Source: Eledone cirrhosa
Taxonomy: Eukaryota
Length of the DNA: 64,000 nucleotides
NCBI GenBank assembly: GCA_964016885.1
Contig: OZ024753.1
Span: 16,306,001-16,370,000 of the forward strand
Direction of reading: 5' to 3'
In this document: piece by piece, positions 1 to 13,702 of the stretch
How positions within the stretch are numbered: the first letter of the stretch is position 1
Layout of the letters: every line of letters starts with the position of its first letter
Position numbers and translations under genes: made by a program
The notes under the pieces: generated by a model
Databases searched by the model: none
Seen by the model: the letters and a program-made list of their open reading frames with translations, nothing else
What the model was told of the DNA's origin: nothing

Positions 1-180
1 TTATATGTGCGTGTATTTGTATACCTATGTATGCTTGTGTATGTACGTATATGGATGCGTGTATGTATTTATTTAATTTCAATTGCCTCTGTATTTTATT
101 TACTTTATTCTTAACTCTGAAGCCGAGAATCATTCGGTTTCCTAGTTAGAATTTTAATCTACGACTTCAGTTATACCATT

Positions 181-415
181 TACGTGGTTTTGTCTTGGCG
201 TGCAATTGTTCTCCACGCTCCACATATGACGTATTATCTTCGTTTTTTCCGTTCATTGCCAGAGAACATCTCTATGAATCACCTAATAGAATATTAGTCT
301 ACGACCTCTTTTATACCATAAACGTGGTTTTGTCTTTGCGTGTAATTGTTTTTCACCGCTCCAAATAATGACGTATTATATTCGTTTTTCCCCGTTCTTT
401 GCCAGGGAACATTTC
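181..415. repeat. Diverged direct duplication, ~140-bp spacing
   Basis: ACGTGGTTTTGTCTT.GCGTG.AATTGTT...GACGTATTAT.TTCGTTTTT.CCGTTC.TTGCCAG.GAACAT occurs at ~182-270 and ~322-415. Confidence 0.75.
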
Positions 416-502
416 CACGAACCAAAGTATCGTCTTCCTGTCTTCCTCCGGTTGCAACGTTTTTTGAAATATTCACTTCTGCGTTCACAGATTGACTTTG
501 TT

Positions 503-553
503 AGTTTCAGAAGATCCCGTTAAGGGTGAAAGCAGCGATTCTTTGCTTAAACT
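503..553 (+). ncRNA. Degenerate type I hammerhead-like motif (probable Penelope pLTR remnant)
   Basis: AGTTT-CAGAAGA-TCCC(GTTAA)GGGT-GAAA-GCA...TGC-TT-AAACT. Stems I-III are present, but the core is CAGAAGA and the cleavage triplet is mutated. Confidence 0.4.
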
Positions 554-689
554 TTAATCTGTTATTTTAATAAATATTTGCTCTATGGTTCTTATATATT
601 TGATATATATTTATCCTTATCGAGCCCTCTTTGGATTTTAGTCTTCAAATTTATTAATATTACTATATATATATATATATATATATAAG

Positions 690-1333
690 CCTGCATGCTC
701 CGATGGATGTGTAACAATAATATACGTGAACGACAAAGCATAAATGAATTGAGAGAGAGACTGAGCATAAGAGGAATCAAATGCTGTGTGTAGGAGAGGC
801 GGTTGCGCTGGTATGGACATGTGATGCGTATGAAGGATGATAGCTGCATAAAAAGGTGCAGAGCACTAGAAGTTGATGGAAGCCGCGGAGTGGGGAGACC
901 CAAGATGACCTGGGATGAGGTGATAAAAGCCGACCTTACCCAATTACACCTCTCAAAGACAATGACACACGACCGTGACCTCTGGTGTCCCGCAGTAATA
1001 CAGAGTACCCGACCTCCCATGGGTACAAGCTGAAGCATATAGACAATATGCCCCCACACCGCAAGGTGGTCGTGGAGGTGCCACGGAAAAAAAGCACCCA
1101 GCCCACACTGTAAAGTGGACGTGTAGGCGCCACGGAAAAAAGTACCCAGTACTCACTGTAAATGAGGTTGGTGTTAGGAAGGGCATCCAGCTGTAGAAAC
1201 CAAGCCAAATCAGTTCCTGTATGAGCAAGGCATGGTCAGCCGACCAGACACTGCCCACAACAGGACAACCCGTCTAACCCATGCTAGCGTGGAAGAACGG
1301 ACGTAAAACGGTGATGATGATGATGATGATGAT
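690..1333 (+). mobile_element. RTE-clade LINE 3' fragment with 3' UTR and (GAT)n tail
   Basis: Translation MLRWMC...RRLRWYGHVMRM...GRPKMTWDEVIKADL is the typical RTE ORF C-terminus. Ends GGACGTAAAACGGT(GAT)n. Confidence 0.85.
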
Positions 1334-1710
1334 ATATATATATATTAGTGCAAATAGCAATACAAGAATTTCAAATGAACAAAAGCAGAAGTCTTTTACA
1401 AAATTTCTGTCATTCTTGCTTTCGTTGGGGACATTAATGATTTATCTATTTCAGTTTGGGTGAAGACATCGTAATAGTAATCCATTCTTTAAACTCTTAT
1501 TACACAGCACCTGTCCTTTTTTTAAAAACAATCAGATTTCAAATACTGGAGATTATAATAAAATAAACTATCTTCATGAAAATTTTACATTATTCTGTTA
1601 ACCTTCTTGTTACCCAACCAAAACCAGCCTTGGCTTTAGAATGCAAACATATTTTAAAGTATTTATATATAGCTACAACCCTTCCAATAAATTCTATGTA
1701 AGAAACTTTC

Positions 1711-1936
1711 TTAACCCTTTGGCATTTAAACCAGCCATATTCGGCCAAAATTCTCTCTCCTCTTTCTGTTCAAACTAACTATAACTAGCCACTTATACTG
1801 ACGTTAAGGTATTGTACTCAAAATAAATATGAAAATCTCATAGATTCGATAGTATACAAGATAATTATGTGAGGTAAAGTATTTACCACAAAAATACAAA
1901 AGTATATATAGAGTAATGTAACGGCTAAAGGGTTAA
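1711..1936 (+). mobile_element. piggyBac-like MITE (TTAA-CCCTT...AAGGG-TTAA)
   Basis: TTAACCCTTTGGC ... GCTAAAGGGTTAA termini. The same body recurs at ~42470, ~47069 and ~52499. Confidence 0.7.
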
Positions 1937-2789
1937 ATTATGTTCGAAACACCAACTTAATAATCAACTCTTCTTCTTGAGTCATTGCTCTATCAAAGGT
2001 GAAACATTTAATTTGCTTTTTCTAATGGCTAGAATATATGTGGTTCACTACACCCACATACTCATAGATTTCTCCACTAACTGGAGCAGTTGTCCCGACC
2101 CATCAACAAATCAATAGTCAATCCTCTGTGATCATCATGATGCTGAGGTCATCTAATTAAACTAATAATCATCACATGAGCGATTGCTTACTATGAGTCA
2201 AGCAGGATTTTTATCAAGGCTTACTCTTGTTTTGCTAAACTATCCTATGGTAGCCATATCAGAGGCACCTCATGTAGGATGTAGCTTTTTACCACAAAGT
2301 TCACTCTTCAAAAGTAAGAGAGGCTCAGTGCTCAGTTTGAATGAGCATATATTGCACGTCATTGCTGAGAGGCATGTTGAACAGTGACTGGGACACATGG
2401 AGAAGCCACAAAAGACCATCCAGTGTCAACCAGTGATATCTACTATAGTTCTACATACTCTTTAATTAACATATTTACACACAATATATACATATGCACA
2501 CACTATTGGCTCACATGTGTTCCTTCACCCTTTGATAGGTTTGTTTTTCATCCTGCAGGGTGTCTAAAATCTCCCTCATCACCAAACACACTTGGTGGGG
2601 TTACCAGATTAATCGCAGTTCTAACTGCACAGAAATGAAGGCCTCTTCTCCTTTAGTTCAGACTGTAAAGTTAGGAAATTGGGTAGAGTCAAACTGTGTG
2701 GAAGTCCCATCAAATTGTGTGAGTGTGTGTGTGAATATGTGCATATGCAGGTGTGCATGTGAATGTATAAGTTCCTGTGCACAACATAT

Positions 2790-2805
2790 ATTATGAATAG
2801 TGGTA

Positions 2806-2840
<35 letters not shown>

Positions 2841-2960
2841 ATATTTCTGTGTGTTTGTGTGTGTGCTTAAGTGTGTGTATCTGTGTGTGGTTGTTATAGA
2901 TAGACAGGCATAGGTAAAGATAGATAGAGTGACAAAAAGAGTGACAGACAGACAGAGAGA
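2790..2960. repeat. (GT)n and (GACA/GATA)n microsatellites
   Basis: Direct reading. Confidence 0.85.
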
Positions 2961-3114
2961 TAAATCCTTTTTATCACACATCTAAAGAACACCTAAATCA
3001 TTCTCCTCTTCGTCTTCATAAATAAACCCCTGCCCACCCACACAGACGTCTATGGCACACTCTCACAGAAGAACTCAAAACAACTGTTATAACCAACCAA
3101 AAACGTGTTATATA

Positions 3115-3778
3115 GGATTGGCAGTGTTGGTAGAGGGTCGGACACCATGCTTTGATGCATAGAGTTGCGGCCCTTGCCACTCTGAGTTCAAATCCCGCTG
3201 AGGTTAACTTTGCCTTTCATCCTTACGGAGTCGATGAAATAAAGTACCAGTAATGCACTGGGGTAATTGCTGGCCTTGTGCCAAAAGTAGAAACAATTAT
3301 ATATTAAGATAGAGTTATGTCCCTTTACGTTCTGAGTTCAAATCCCACCGAGGTTAACTTTGTCTTTCATCCTTACGGGGAGGGGGCTCAATAAAATAAA
3401 GTACCAGTAATGCACTGGGGTCGATTTCATCGGCTTTCCCCTCCCCCCAAAATTTCTGGCCTCATGCCTAAAGTAGAAGCAATTATATATTAAGATCATT
3501 TTTTTTCATTATTAAGATGTTTAGTGTACCAGTAATGTACTGGGTAATTGCTGGCCTTGTGCCAAAAGTAGAAACAATGATATATAGGCGGTGGATTGGC
3601 AGTATCGGTAGAGGGTCGGACGCCATGCTTTGCAGCAAAGGGTTACGGCTCTTTATGATCTGAGTTCAAATCCCGCCGAGGTTAACTTTGTCTTTCATCC
3701 TTACAGGGTCGATAAAATAAAGTACCAGTAATGCACTGGGTAATTGCTGGCCTTGTGCCAAAAGTAGAAACAATTATT
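3115..3778 (+). mobile_element. Cluster of tRNA-derived SINEs with Meta-like domain (copies ~3115-3300, 3310-3487, 3525-3580, 3585-3778)
   Basis: A-box-like TGGCAGTATCGGT, B-box GAGTTCAAATCC, then GCCTTTCATCCTTACGGGGTCGATAAAATAAAGTACCAG, which resembles the MetaSINE/Sauria central domain. Ends AGTAGAAACAATTAT. More than 15 copies in the window. Confidence 0.85.
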
Positions 3779-4995
3779 AAGATGTTTATAACATTGCTTA
3801 AGAAAAAGTCCTAACATAAAATTGTTGGAATGTTTTAATATAAATATGACTACTTTAAACTGGTCAGTAGGTTTAGGGCTGCTTTCAAGAGGGTTAGTAT
3901 TGAAAGAGATCACAAAGATTGTGGCCAAAAATGTGACACACATCAATCCAAAGATCTAGTATTTGATGACATGCTAATAATATACACTTAATATAATTAA
4001 AATAAACACTAAGTGAAACAAAATTAGATCAGAGACAGACTATAAATAGTTGGATTAGATGTGAAATTATTTCAGTTCACAGCTTGGATATTTCTGTATC
4101 ATGTCTATCTTTCTTGTGATTGTATGAGAAACTGTCGAAAGTAAACAAATAAGCCTCTTTACTTTGATGGATTGCTCAAGGAAACTTTTTCCTTTAGCCA
4201 AACCATTTGAAGAGGATGCTGTCTAGAAAGAAATCAGATTGACTGAAATTCCGTGATGTATTTTAAAATGTTCTCATCTCTCTTTGTGAAATATAATTAC
4301 GTATAATTTTCCTGCCAAAAGTCTATTTTAAATTAGCCCTCCTCGAATTTTATTTTATTTTTTTATTATTACTGTTACTATTTCTTTGCGACAGACAATT
4401 CAGACATCTACATTTATTACAATGATTATTATATAAGATTTTTTTAATCCTCCATCTTCTTTACTGATTATCCTTATGTTGAATGATCACCATTAAATTT
4501 GGTAACTTCAAAATTTTTCAAAGTTCAATGATAAACTACAATTTTGTCTGCCAACTTAGACTTAATAGCAGGGAAGAGAGAAGTTAATATGTTAATATAG
4601 GAGCATTTGTGATTAATATTAAAATGTCTGAGAGGAATTGATGGCAATAACAATAGAATTTACCAGACTATTCACCAAATCTTTAGAATGTGTATTTACA
4701 CTGTTTCACTGTATTTACAATCTGTCTTCAATATTAGGTATCTTGTTCAAATCTACTCTTAGACTATGTACACATCTAGGAATAAAACACCTGAACAGTA
4801 TTGAAGCATAATATATAAATATGTTTACATAAATATTGTAAACATATATTGTAAAATTAAGGTTAACAGCCTGTAATGATATATTTTACCTCTGACAAGA
4901 AGAGTTTCCATTTTGATATTATATTATAGATAGTCTCAGTTGATGGGAGATTTTCGCACTTAACATTTAGAATGTATGACACTATGTGTGTGTGT

Positions 4996-6640
4996 ATCAT
5001 CATCATCATTGTTTAACATCTAATTTCCATGCTAGCATGGGTTAGACAAGTCGTCCCATTAGAGGCAAGTTGGGTCAGATGACCAGGTCTTGCTCATACA
5101 GGGCCCTGGTGGACGCCAACTTGTATGCTAAATTCCTCGCTATAGTCATTGTTAATCCTAACTTTGCTGACTGCTCCCCTATACATGGCTTGTACAGCCT
5201 TTACAAGCTGCTCATCTACTCCTAGTTTTCTAAGAGCCCACCAGATTATGGCACGGGGCACTGTCAAAATCTTTCTCTAGATCAACAAATGCCAGGTAGA
5301 GTGGCTTGCTTTTAGCTAGGTACTTTTCCTGTAATTGCTTCACAAGGAAGAGGGCATCAGTGGCGCATCTCATCTAGATTTACCCTATTCTATGACTCTT
5401 TCTGTTACTTTCATGACCTGGTCCATCAGTTTTATACCTCTATAGTTTCCTCTATCTAGTGCATCTCCTTTACCCTTGTAGCAATTGACAATGATGCTGC
5501 TGCACCAATCCTTTGGTATGACACTCTCTAGTATTACCTAGTTAACAATACGTGTGGTGATGGTATACCTACCAACCCAGATGCTTTCAGCATCTCGGCA
5601 ACTATTCCCAATGGACCGGCTGCTTTCCCAGGCTCCATACCCTTAATTGCCTTACTACACTGCTGCTGACTTGTACTGCTGGGCCCTCTATAGGGTCCAC
5701 TTGGGGTAGGGTCTCTTTCTCCCATGCATTCTCTTCATTCAGTAATCTTTAATAATGGCTCGTCCTTGCAGCTTTCTTCTCAGCACCTGTGAGGGCAAGT
5801 GCACCTTTATCTTCCTGGACACACTTCTCACCAATGACATCACAATTCTCTCTAACACACTGCCTTGCAATCCTGAAGACCTGTTTCAGTTCCACATGCT
5901 GCAAAGCATGCTTAAATTTTTTATCCTCTGCTTCCCTTCTTGCTAAGTATACTTGTTGCCTAGCTTCCCTCCTGGTCTCTATGTAATGTACCCTGCTCCC
6001 CCCCCCCATTCTTCCATTGTTTCCATGCCTGTCTCTTGGCTTTAATTGTCACATCTACCTTATTGTTCCACCAGCAAGTTACTCTGTAGTCTTGCTCCAA
6101 CCACAAATCTCGTCCGTCGCCTTTAGTAAGTTATTTTTTAGGAACTCCCAGTGCTCCTCTACATTGAATGTCTATCTGTCCTCCTTTACTGTCGTAAGCA
6201 TTGAGTAAGATATACTTAAATCTGTTACTGGCTGAGGGGTCTTTCAGCTTCCAGATCTTTCTTCTCCAGGTTGCCTTCTGTTTCAAAGTTCCTCTAGCTC
6301 TGACTGAGTTTGCTGACTGTTAGTCTGTGTTGGGAGGTACATTCCTCACCTGAGAAGGCTTTCGTGTTAACAACCGTCCATATATCACGTCCTCTGGTAA
6401 GGATAAAATCTATCTGACTAGAATGCTCCCCTGATCTATAGGTGATCAGGTGGTTGTCGGGTATTTTGAAGTTTGTGTTACATATCGACAGGTCATTGGC
6501 GACCCAGAATTCTAGAAGCCTGTGACATTCTTCATTTCTTGCGGCAAACCTGTAGCCTCCATGGACTCTGTAGAAACCAACACTGGGTTTCCCAATGAGT
6601 CCATTAAAGTCCCTTGCAATGAGCAGGAAATCTGTCATTC
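4996..6640 (-). mobile_element. Degenerate RTE-type LINE (APE endonuclease, RT N-terminal part, 3' tail), internally deleted
   Basis: APE motifs DFNG, LSICNTNF, SQIDFIL, SQHRL at 6294-6638. RT-proximal GKAAGP and KGKGDALDRGNYRGIKL at 5430-5640. Minus-strand (GAT)n tail at ~4997-5010. Confidence 0.85.
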
Positions 6641-7042
6641 GACAAGATTAACACAGAGATGCAAAAACAAAATGTATTATTAACTTCACACACACACGCA
6701 CACGCATATGTATACTTAGAATTTGTGTTTAAAATATAAATGTCTTTGGATGAATAACATTAACTTTGCATTCTTAATCCTAGATTTTACTGAAATAACT
6801 ATATTGAATAAATGAAGAATTAACTCTAAAAATGAACTCATTTGCTTAATTGCTGACGTCAATTGAATAAGCATTGAGACATATCACAGACATTCATATA
6901 CACTCATGTATACATACATGTATATGTATACACATGTGTTTGTTGCTTTTGTTAGTCTTGCCTAGTGATAGATATATTGATAAATATACATAAATAGGTA
7001 GCTATAGACTGACTATTAGATAAATATGTAGATAGATAGATA

Positions 7043-9726
7043 TCTTTCTTTATTTGCCACAGGGGCGTACAAAAATGAAACATTACAAGACGTGACGGTG
7101 AGGGTTTTACATAAAAATAACTTTAACATTAATAAATAACAATAAACTATATATAATAAAATAATTGAAATCCCCAATAGGGGGGGAACGTTACTGCAGG
7201 GTTGTTTTACACCCTGTGGATAGAACAACCCTCAACGCCAGGAACACGTTTTGTAGGTGTTGCTGTCTCCCTTCTGTTTATCTTCCTCAACATACAGCTT
7301 TATATACAGAGAAGGCCCATTCACTTGGGCCATTTTCGCCACATTCACCCACCTTTCAGCGAATTTACTGGGGTGTAGCACCTCTCTCTCTCCACTCTCA
7401 CCTTCCTTCTGAAGTGGTACTTAAAGAAGGGGATAAGTTATTGTCCGGAGAGAAAGGTGTTTTCCCTCAGTCCTTTTAACCTCATCCACCATATTACCTC
7501 TTTTGCCATAGCCACCAAGGCGGCGGGGTGATCCTCAAGATGGACTCGGCTGACCACTGGATGCATCCCACACGTGACAGCAGCTGTTTGACAATTCCAC
7601 AGGTCGGTCACCCCTGGGCACTTAACAATTGTGTGCAGAACGGTTTCGATGTCCTGCTCGCATCTTGGACAGGTCCTTTTGGCAGGATCTCTGCCAGGGC
7701 GTCCGTGCCTGTAGATTTTGTCTCAAACTGGTAGAGCTCCTCAGTAGCACTGCCAGGCCAGAGACCTCTGGAAGTTATCCATAAGCCCTGGATGGAAAGT
7801 CCTCCAGAACAGACTGGTCAGTTCGCCCTCCTCGATGCCCAGAGTTTCCCCGAGAACATTGTCACACTTATCCTCCACTAATCCCCTATAGAATGTCAAA
7901 GTGGAGTCTCCGCTGTTTGCCGTTTCTGCTTGGTAGAGGGCTGTGGGCGCCTGTAGGCACTCGAGTTACCAGGCACCCATTTTCGGTCTTCGCTTGACCC
8001 AGGACTGCAGCTCTGTTAGTGAGATGAGTTGTGGAAGAGCTTGTCTCACAAACAACAGCCATACCGGTTCACTGGTCAGGAATACCTTGAGATGGCGTAA
8101 CCTCAGTGCATGTTTGCGCATCATCAGCCACGGCATGCCCAACCCTCCGTTAGAAGGGTGTTGACAGCAGATGGATCTCCTCACCAATGGAGCCTGTTTC
8201 TTCCAGAGGAACTTGAAGAGTAGGCGTTCCATTTTGGTAAGGTATTTGCGGGGGCAAGGCACGACTGTCAAGCTGTAGTAGATGACAGATGCTATGTAAG
8301 TGTTCGCTACCTCCGCTCAACCTTTCAAGGAGAGTTTGAACTCAAGGAGAGTTTGCACTCAAGGAGAGTTTGCACTCAAGGAGAGTTTGCACTTCCATCC
8401 AGCGTCCAACAACACTGTCGGAAGGCATGGGTTTGCCTCTCCATGTGCCGAGTTGCAAACTGTCAGGTTTGTCTGGGTTTAGTCTTGCTCCTGTCACCGT
8501 TTCGTATTCCTGTAATAGGTTGCCGATTGCCCTGATTTCCGAGGTTTTCAACACCATTACGGTTATGTCATCGGCATAGGCCGACGCTGCTTTCCGCAGT
8601 CCTGGTTCGATCAGGATGCCCTGCAACAGCTCCAACTTGTGCAGTAACGGCTCGAGAGCCAGTACATACAGAATGGAGAGAGGGCATCCCTGACGGATGG
8701 AACACATGATTTGGAATGGCACTGAAGGTAGCCATTCACCTTGACTGCCAAGCAGATGCTGGTGTGCATGGCAGTGATCCAGCCTCTGAAGACGGGACTG
8801 AAGACAGGACCGAAGCCGGCTGCTTTGAGAACTGCTTCCAAGTATTGATGGTCGACCCTATCAAATGCTTTAGACTGATCTAAATTGATCAGAGCCCCAC
8901 CAAAGCTAGGTTTACACCCTACCCTCTCTATGATGTATTGCATGAGGTGGAGGTTGTCGTGTATGGACCTGGTCGGGTTTGCACACGTTTGGGCTTCCCC
9001 TACCAGGTTCTTGACGACAAGTGCCAGCCTTGCTGCTAATACCTTGGCCAAAATCTTTAACTCTGTGTTGAGCAGAGTTATGGGCCTGAAATTGCTTATC
9101 TCATCCCCCTTGTTCTCATCTTTCCTGATCAGCGTTACTACACCTCTGCCTACAGAACTGGGAATCCTTCCGTTCTGCTGCCAGTTGCAGTAGACCACTT
9201 CAAGGACGCCAGAGAACAAGTCTGGCATGCCTATGTAAAACTCAAAGGGTAGACCATCTAAACCGGGTGATTTGTGTTTCCTGCAGCGGTCTAGGGCATC
9301 TTCTATTTCGCCTGCTGTGATCAGCCTTTCGCAGCTCTCCACATCCGTGCTCGAGAGTCGTGGTACGCCGTCGAGGTAGGGGCTGAAGTCCATCACCTCG
9401 CTCAATGTACCACTTTGCCCGAACAGTTGTGCAAAATGCTGCTGAAAGGCTGTGCACATCTGCTTGGATTCAAGTATAATGCGTCCATCTGTGTCTTGCA
9501 AAGACTGAATTGTGGATTTATTGCCACTTTTCACCTCTGCCACTCGGGCCCAGCTAACAGCTTTGGCTCCCTCATTTCTTAGAGCACGTCTTCTACTTCT
9601 GACAATACAACCTTCGTGTTTCACGTTGAAGAACTGGTCTAGTGCCGTTCTCGCTGCTAGCACGTCAGCTGTACTGCCATTCCTAAGTGCTTCTTCTATT
9701 TTAGCTACCAGTTCCTTTTCAGTTTT
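7043..9726 (-). mobile_element. Tx1/L1-clade LINE, 5'-truncated, RT with frameshifts (copy 1)
   Basis: KSPGLDGLPFEFY, NFRPITLLNTELKILAK, LDQSKAFDRVDH, RQGCPLS, YADD and GGLGMP motifs. The 3' end AATAAAGAAAGA abuts (TATC)n, and (GATA)n lies at both ends. Confidence 0.9.
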
Positions 9727-9779
9727 ATAGATAGATTCATTGATAGATAGATAGGCAGAGATAAATAGATAGATAGATA

Positions 9780-10105
9780 TGTTTCTTTATTAGCCACAGG
9801 GGCACAAAAGAAGGGGACAAATACAAAGGGGGAAATTTACATACAATAAAAACGTGTAAAATATTATCACAAATGCAATTTAAAATTTAATCGATTTTCC
9901 CCACTAGGGGGAGACTTACATATGGGTAACACATAACCCCGAAAAAATGTGCAACCCTCATCTCCGGGAATACGAAGAGTGAGTACCCCTCTCCTCTCTT
10001 CCTCTTTTTCCTCAACCTACAGGCTGATATAGAGAGAAGGCCCATTCACTCGGGCCATTCTCGCCACTTTCACCCACCTTTCATAAAACTTGCTGGGGTA
10101 CAGCA
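9780..10105 (-). mobile_element. Tx1-clade LINE 3' fragment (copy 2)
   Basis: Nearly identical to 34228-34560. Flanked by GATA repeats on both sides. Confidence 0.85.
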
Positions 10106-10118
10106 TAGATAGATAGAT

Positions 10119-10670
10119 CATCATCATCACTCGTCGACTACTGTCGAGATGATGGATCTCACTCTCATGCCCCAGAATCCCCTGTCCCCCATCGCTGCCC
10201 CCAGGTCCTGTCTGCTGATTCCCGTATCCCTAGAGATAACGTCAGGGAATGACAGCTTCCTACTCCTAGTCAGGCTGGAGTCAGGGTTCCAGAGCAATAG
10301 AGCGGAAATGATTTCATTGCTGGCATGGTGACAGTGGCCAGCAAATTGAGCTCTCCGGGATTTTAGAAGGGCAGAGGCTCGAGGGAGTTTGCCATAGATT
10401 TTAGACAAGGTGGGATGTTGTTTCCAGGATAGGTTTTGCACTCTCAAAAAGATTTTCTAACCAGGAAGGGTATGGCATGGTCAGCGTGCAATGATATGCA
10501 CGCCATATGGACATCTCAACTTACCAACAAGCTAAAACTGGAAATATTCCAAGCAACCATTAAGCCCATATTACTTTATGGATCCGAAACTTGGACACTA
10601 ACATCACAACTTGAGAGGAGATTGGATGGCACATATACCCGCCTCTTAATGAGAGTGCAAAACCTATCCT
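10119..10670. mobile_element. RTE-like LINE 3' fragment with 5' inversion
   Basis: Minus-strand 10446-10119 encodes RVQNLSWKQHPT...FAGHC... and a (GAT)n tail. Plus-strand 10441-10670 encodes the immediately upstream ILLYGSETWTLT...TRLLMRVQNLS. Confidence 0.85.
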
Positions 10671-10949
10671 CGATAGATAGATAGACAGATAGACAGATAG
10701 GCAGACAGACAGAGACATACAGATAGATAGACAGGTAGATAGGCAGACAGAGACATAGATAGATAGATAGATAAGTTGATAGATAATTAGAAGGGGAGAG
10801 AGAGGAGAGATTTATTGCTGGAATATTCTATTTCTATGGCCCTTTGTAATGCCAACCACTTCACTTTGCAGCTTGTACAGGGAATATTTTGTGACACATC
10901 ACATTACATTACAGAAGATAGAAAAGGCTAAAGGCACTGCACCATGTTT

Positions 10950-11100
10950 ACATCATCATCATCATCGTTTAATGTCCATCTTCCACGCTTGCATGGGTTT
11001 GGACGGGAGTTTTCCCACTTGAGGCAAGAGTGGTTGTCTTGCTCGCATAGGACTGTCTGGAGGGTTTTCTACGGCTGGATGCCCTTCCTAACACTAACCA
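10950..11100 (-). mobile_element. RTE/SINE 3' tail fragment
   Basis: (CAT)n GTTTAATGTCCATCTTCCACGCTTGCATGGGTT...GGCTGGATGCCCTTCCTAAC, the reverse complement of the RTE tail seen at 1170-1330. Confidence 0.7.
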
Positions 11101-11364
11101 CGTTTACATATAAAATAATTAAATATGAGCTTTAAGCAATAATAGACATGTAGTTAATAGTCTGTATAGAATTAAATTCTGTTGGTTTGAAGCTAAATTA
11201 TATCAGTTGACCTTTACCTGTCTTCAGACACTATTACACATTATGATTAAGAACATTTTGTGAGATTTTCAATGAAGCTCCAGAATCTCAGAGTAGTTTT
11301 ATTGGATATCGATGTTATCTTTGAAGTAAGATGATAAAGTAAGACTCAGACACACCATTTGACT

Positions 11365-12120
11365 TGATATCATATTACACTAGCTAGTTCAGTTGATATA
11401 GGATACTACACTAGCTAGTTCAGTTGGTATATCATATTACACTAGCTAGTTCAGTTGGTATATCATATTACACTAGCTAGTTCAGTTGGTATATGATATT
11501 ACAATAGCTAGTTCAGTTGGTATATGATATTACACTAGCTAGTTCAGTTGATATATGATATTACACTAGCTAGTTCAGTTGATATATGATATTACACTAG
11601 CTAGTTCAGTTGGTATATATTACACTAGCTAGTTCAGTTGATATATGATATTACACTAGCTAGTTCAGTTGGTATATGATATTACACTAGCTAGTTCAGT
11701 TGATATATGATATTACACTAGCTAGTTCAGTTGGTATATGATATTACACTAGCTAGTTCAGTTGATATCACACCGCAACCTCTTTTAGTTAATAAGTCTA
11801 TGATATCACACTACTAACTACTTCAGTTAATTTGATATTGCACTCAGCTGTTTCAATTGATATCACACCCAGAGCTGTTTCAGTTGATATCACACCGCTA
11901 GCTGTTTTAGTTAATATGCCTATGATATCACACTACTAGCTACTTCCATTAATATGATATCACACTCATAGCTGTTTCAGTTGATATCACACCCCTAACT
12001 GTTTCAGTTGATATCACACCCCTAACTGTTTCAGTTGATATCTCAATATCACACCCCCTACCTATTTCAATTAATATAATGTCTATGATATCACACTACT
12101 AGCTAGTTCAGTTGATATCA
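11365..12120. repeat. 31-bp minisatellite (TATATGATATTACACTAGCTAGTTCAGTTGG), ~13 copies, then degenerate copies
   Basis: Period 31 read at 11471/11502/11533/11564. Decays after ~11770. Confidence 0.9.
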
Positions 12121-12519
12121 CTACATATGCTGTGTAGAGACATTGCTACATAATGATGTCCATTTTACAACCACTTAGTTACAATCCCTCTGTGTCGCAC
12201 CTTACCAAAATATCCTCAGATCAAGCAATGTCTTCTGAGTATTATTCTAACAGTATTTCTCAGTTATATCATAATGGGTGAAGGAATAAAGTCATTATAC
12301 AATGATGGTATTAAAATTTGATGTAAATTCAAGAAAACATTATAAATACTGTATATGATGATATGAAAACATATAATGCCCTTCCTATCACCAACCACTT
12401 TACAGAGTGTACTGAGTGCATTTATAATGTAGCTCACCAACACGAGATGTTGCCATACCATGGGACAACTGAAGTGGCCTCTTGACCCTTTATTAGAGTG
12501 CTTCACTTCAATAAATATA

Positions 12520-13210
12520 TGTAGTGTTAGTGCCATGATAAAATATACACAGTACACTCCCAGTTGGTGACATGATAAAATATACCCAGTACACTCCCAG
12601 TAAAATGGTAGTGTTGGTGACATAATAAAATATACCCAGTACACTCCCAATAAAATGGTAGTGTTGGTGCCATGATAAAATATACCCAGTATACTCCCAA
12701 TAAAATGGTAGTGTTGGTGCCATGATAAAATATATAGCAAAATACTGGTGTGTATGAATGTAACAAAGACGATTTTGGTTTGTGTGTATAATATTTAATT
12801 AACAATTTGTGGATATATATAGAACAGTATAGTTGACATGTCAATGAATAGATGAAAGAATGAAGCAAAGTTATTAGTTACCGTTTTGGTTGCCTGGCAG
12901 AAGACGTCTGGCGAAGGCCAGGCGCCGGAAAGGCAAATGAGAGATAGGGAGCTTAACGTTATTAGTTTTATAGGGTTCTGACCGGAAGTTACAGAAAGGG
13001 TTCTACTTCCTGTCTAGAGAGCGTTAATCTATTGGGGATGTGAGTGTCACAACAAGGGAGGCAACTCCTGCTACATATACCCAGTACACTCCCAATAAAA
13101 TGGTAGTGGTGGTGCCATGATAAAATATACCTAGTACACTCCCAATAAAATGGTAGTGTTAGTGCTATGATAAAATATACCCAGTACACTCCCAATAAAA
13201 TGGTAGTGTA
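12520..13210. repeat. 50-bp minisatellite in two blocks (12520-12735 and 13075-13210)
   Basis: TATACCCAGTACACTCCCAATAAAATGGTAGTGTTGGTGCCATGATAAAA at 12581/12631/12681. Confidence 0.85.
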
Positions 13211-13516
13211 TTTTCAAAATAATTTGAAATTATAGACAGTGTCTTTCTTGAGAAATATTGTAATGAAATGGCCCCTTCATTTTAAAAGTTTATGGGTTCA
13301 TCCTTTACTACACTCATTTGGAGCATGTTAACCCATTTGATACCAGCCAGACAAAACACAGATCTAGTAATATGAAACAAAACAACCTGTTTTAAAGGGT
13401 TCCTATTTATATTAAAATCTTCCAATATAATTTTATGTAAGAAACATGTTAAATTATTAGCTTAGTAATGAATAATAATTTAATAAATCTCTAAACATTC
13501 TTCATTAATTAATTCG

Positions 13517-13702
13517 GTGAATTAGCAGTATCGGTAGAGGGTCGGACGCCATGCTTTCCAGCATAGTTACGTCCCTTTATGGTCCGAGTTCAAATCCCTT
13601 TGAGGTTAACTTTGCCTTTCCATCCTTACGGGGGTCGATAAAATAAAGTACCAGTAATGCACTGGGTAATTGCTGGCCTTGTGCCAAAAGTAGAAACAAT
13701 TA
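13517..13702 (+). mobile_element. Meta-type tRNA SINE
   Basis: Same family as 3585-3778. Confidence 0.85.
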
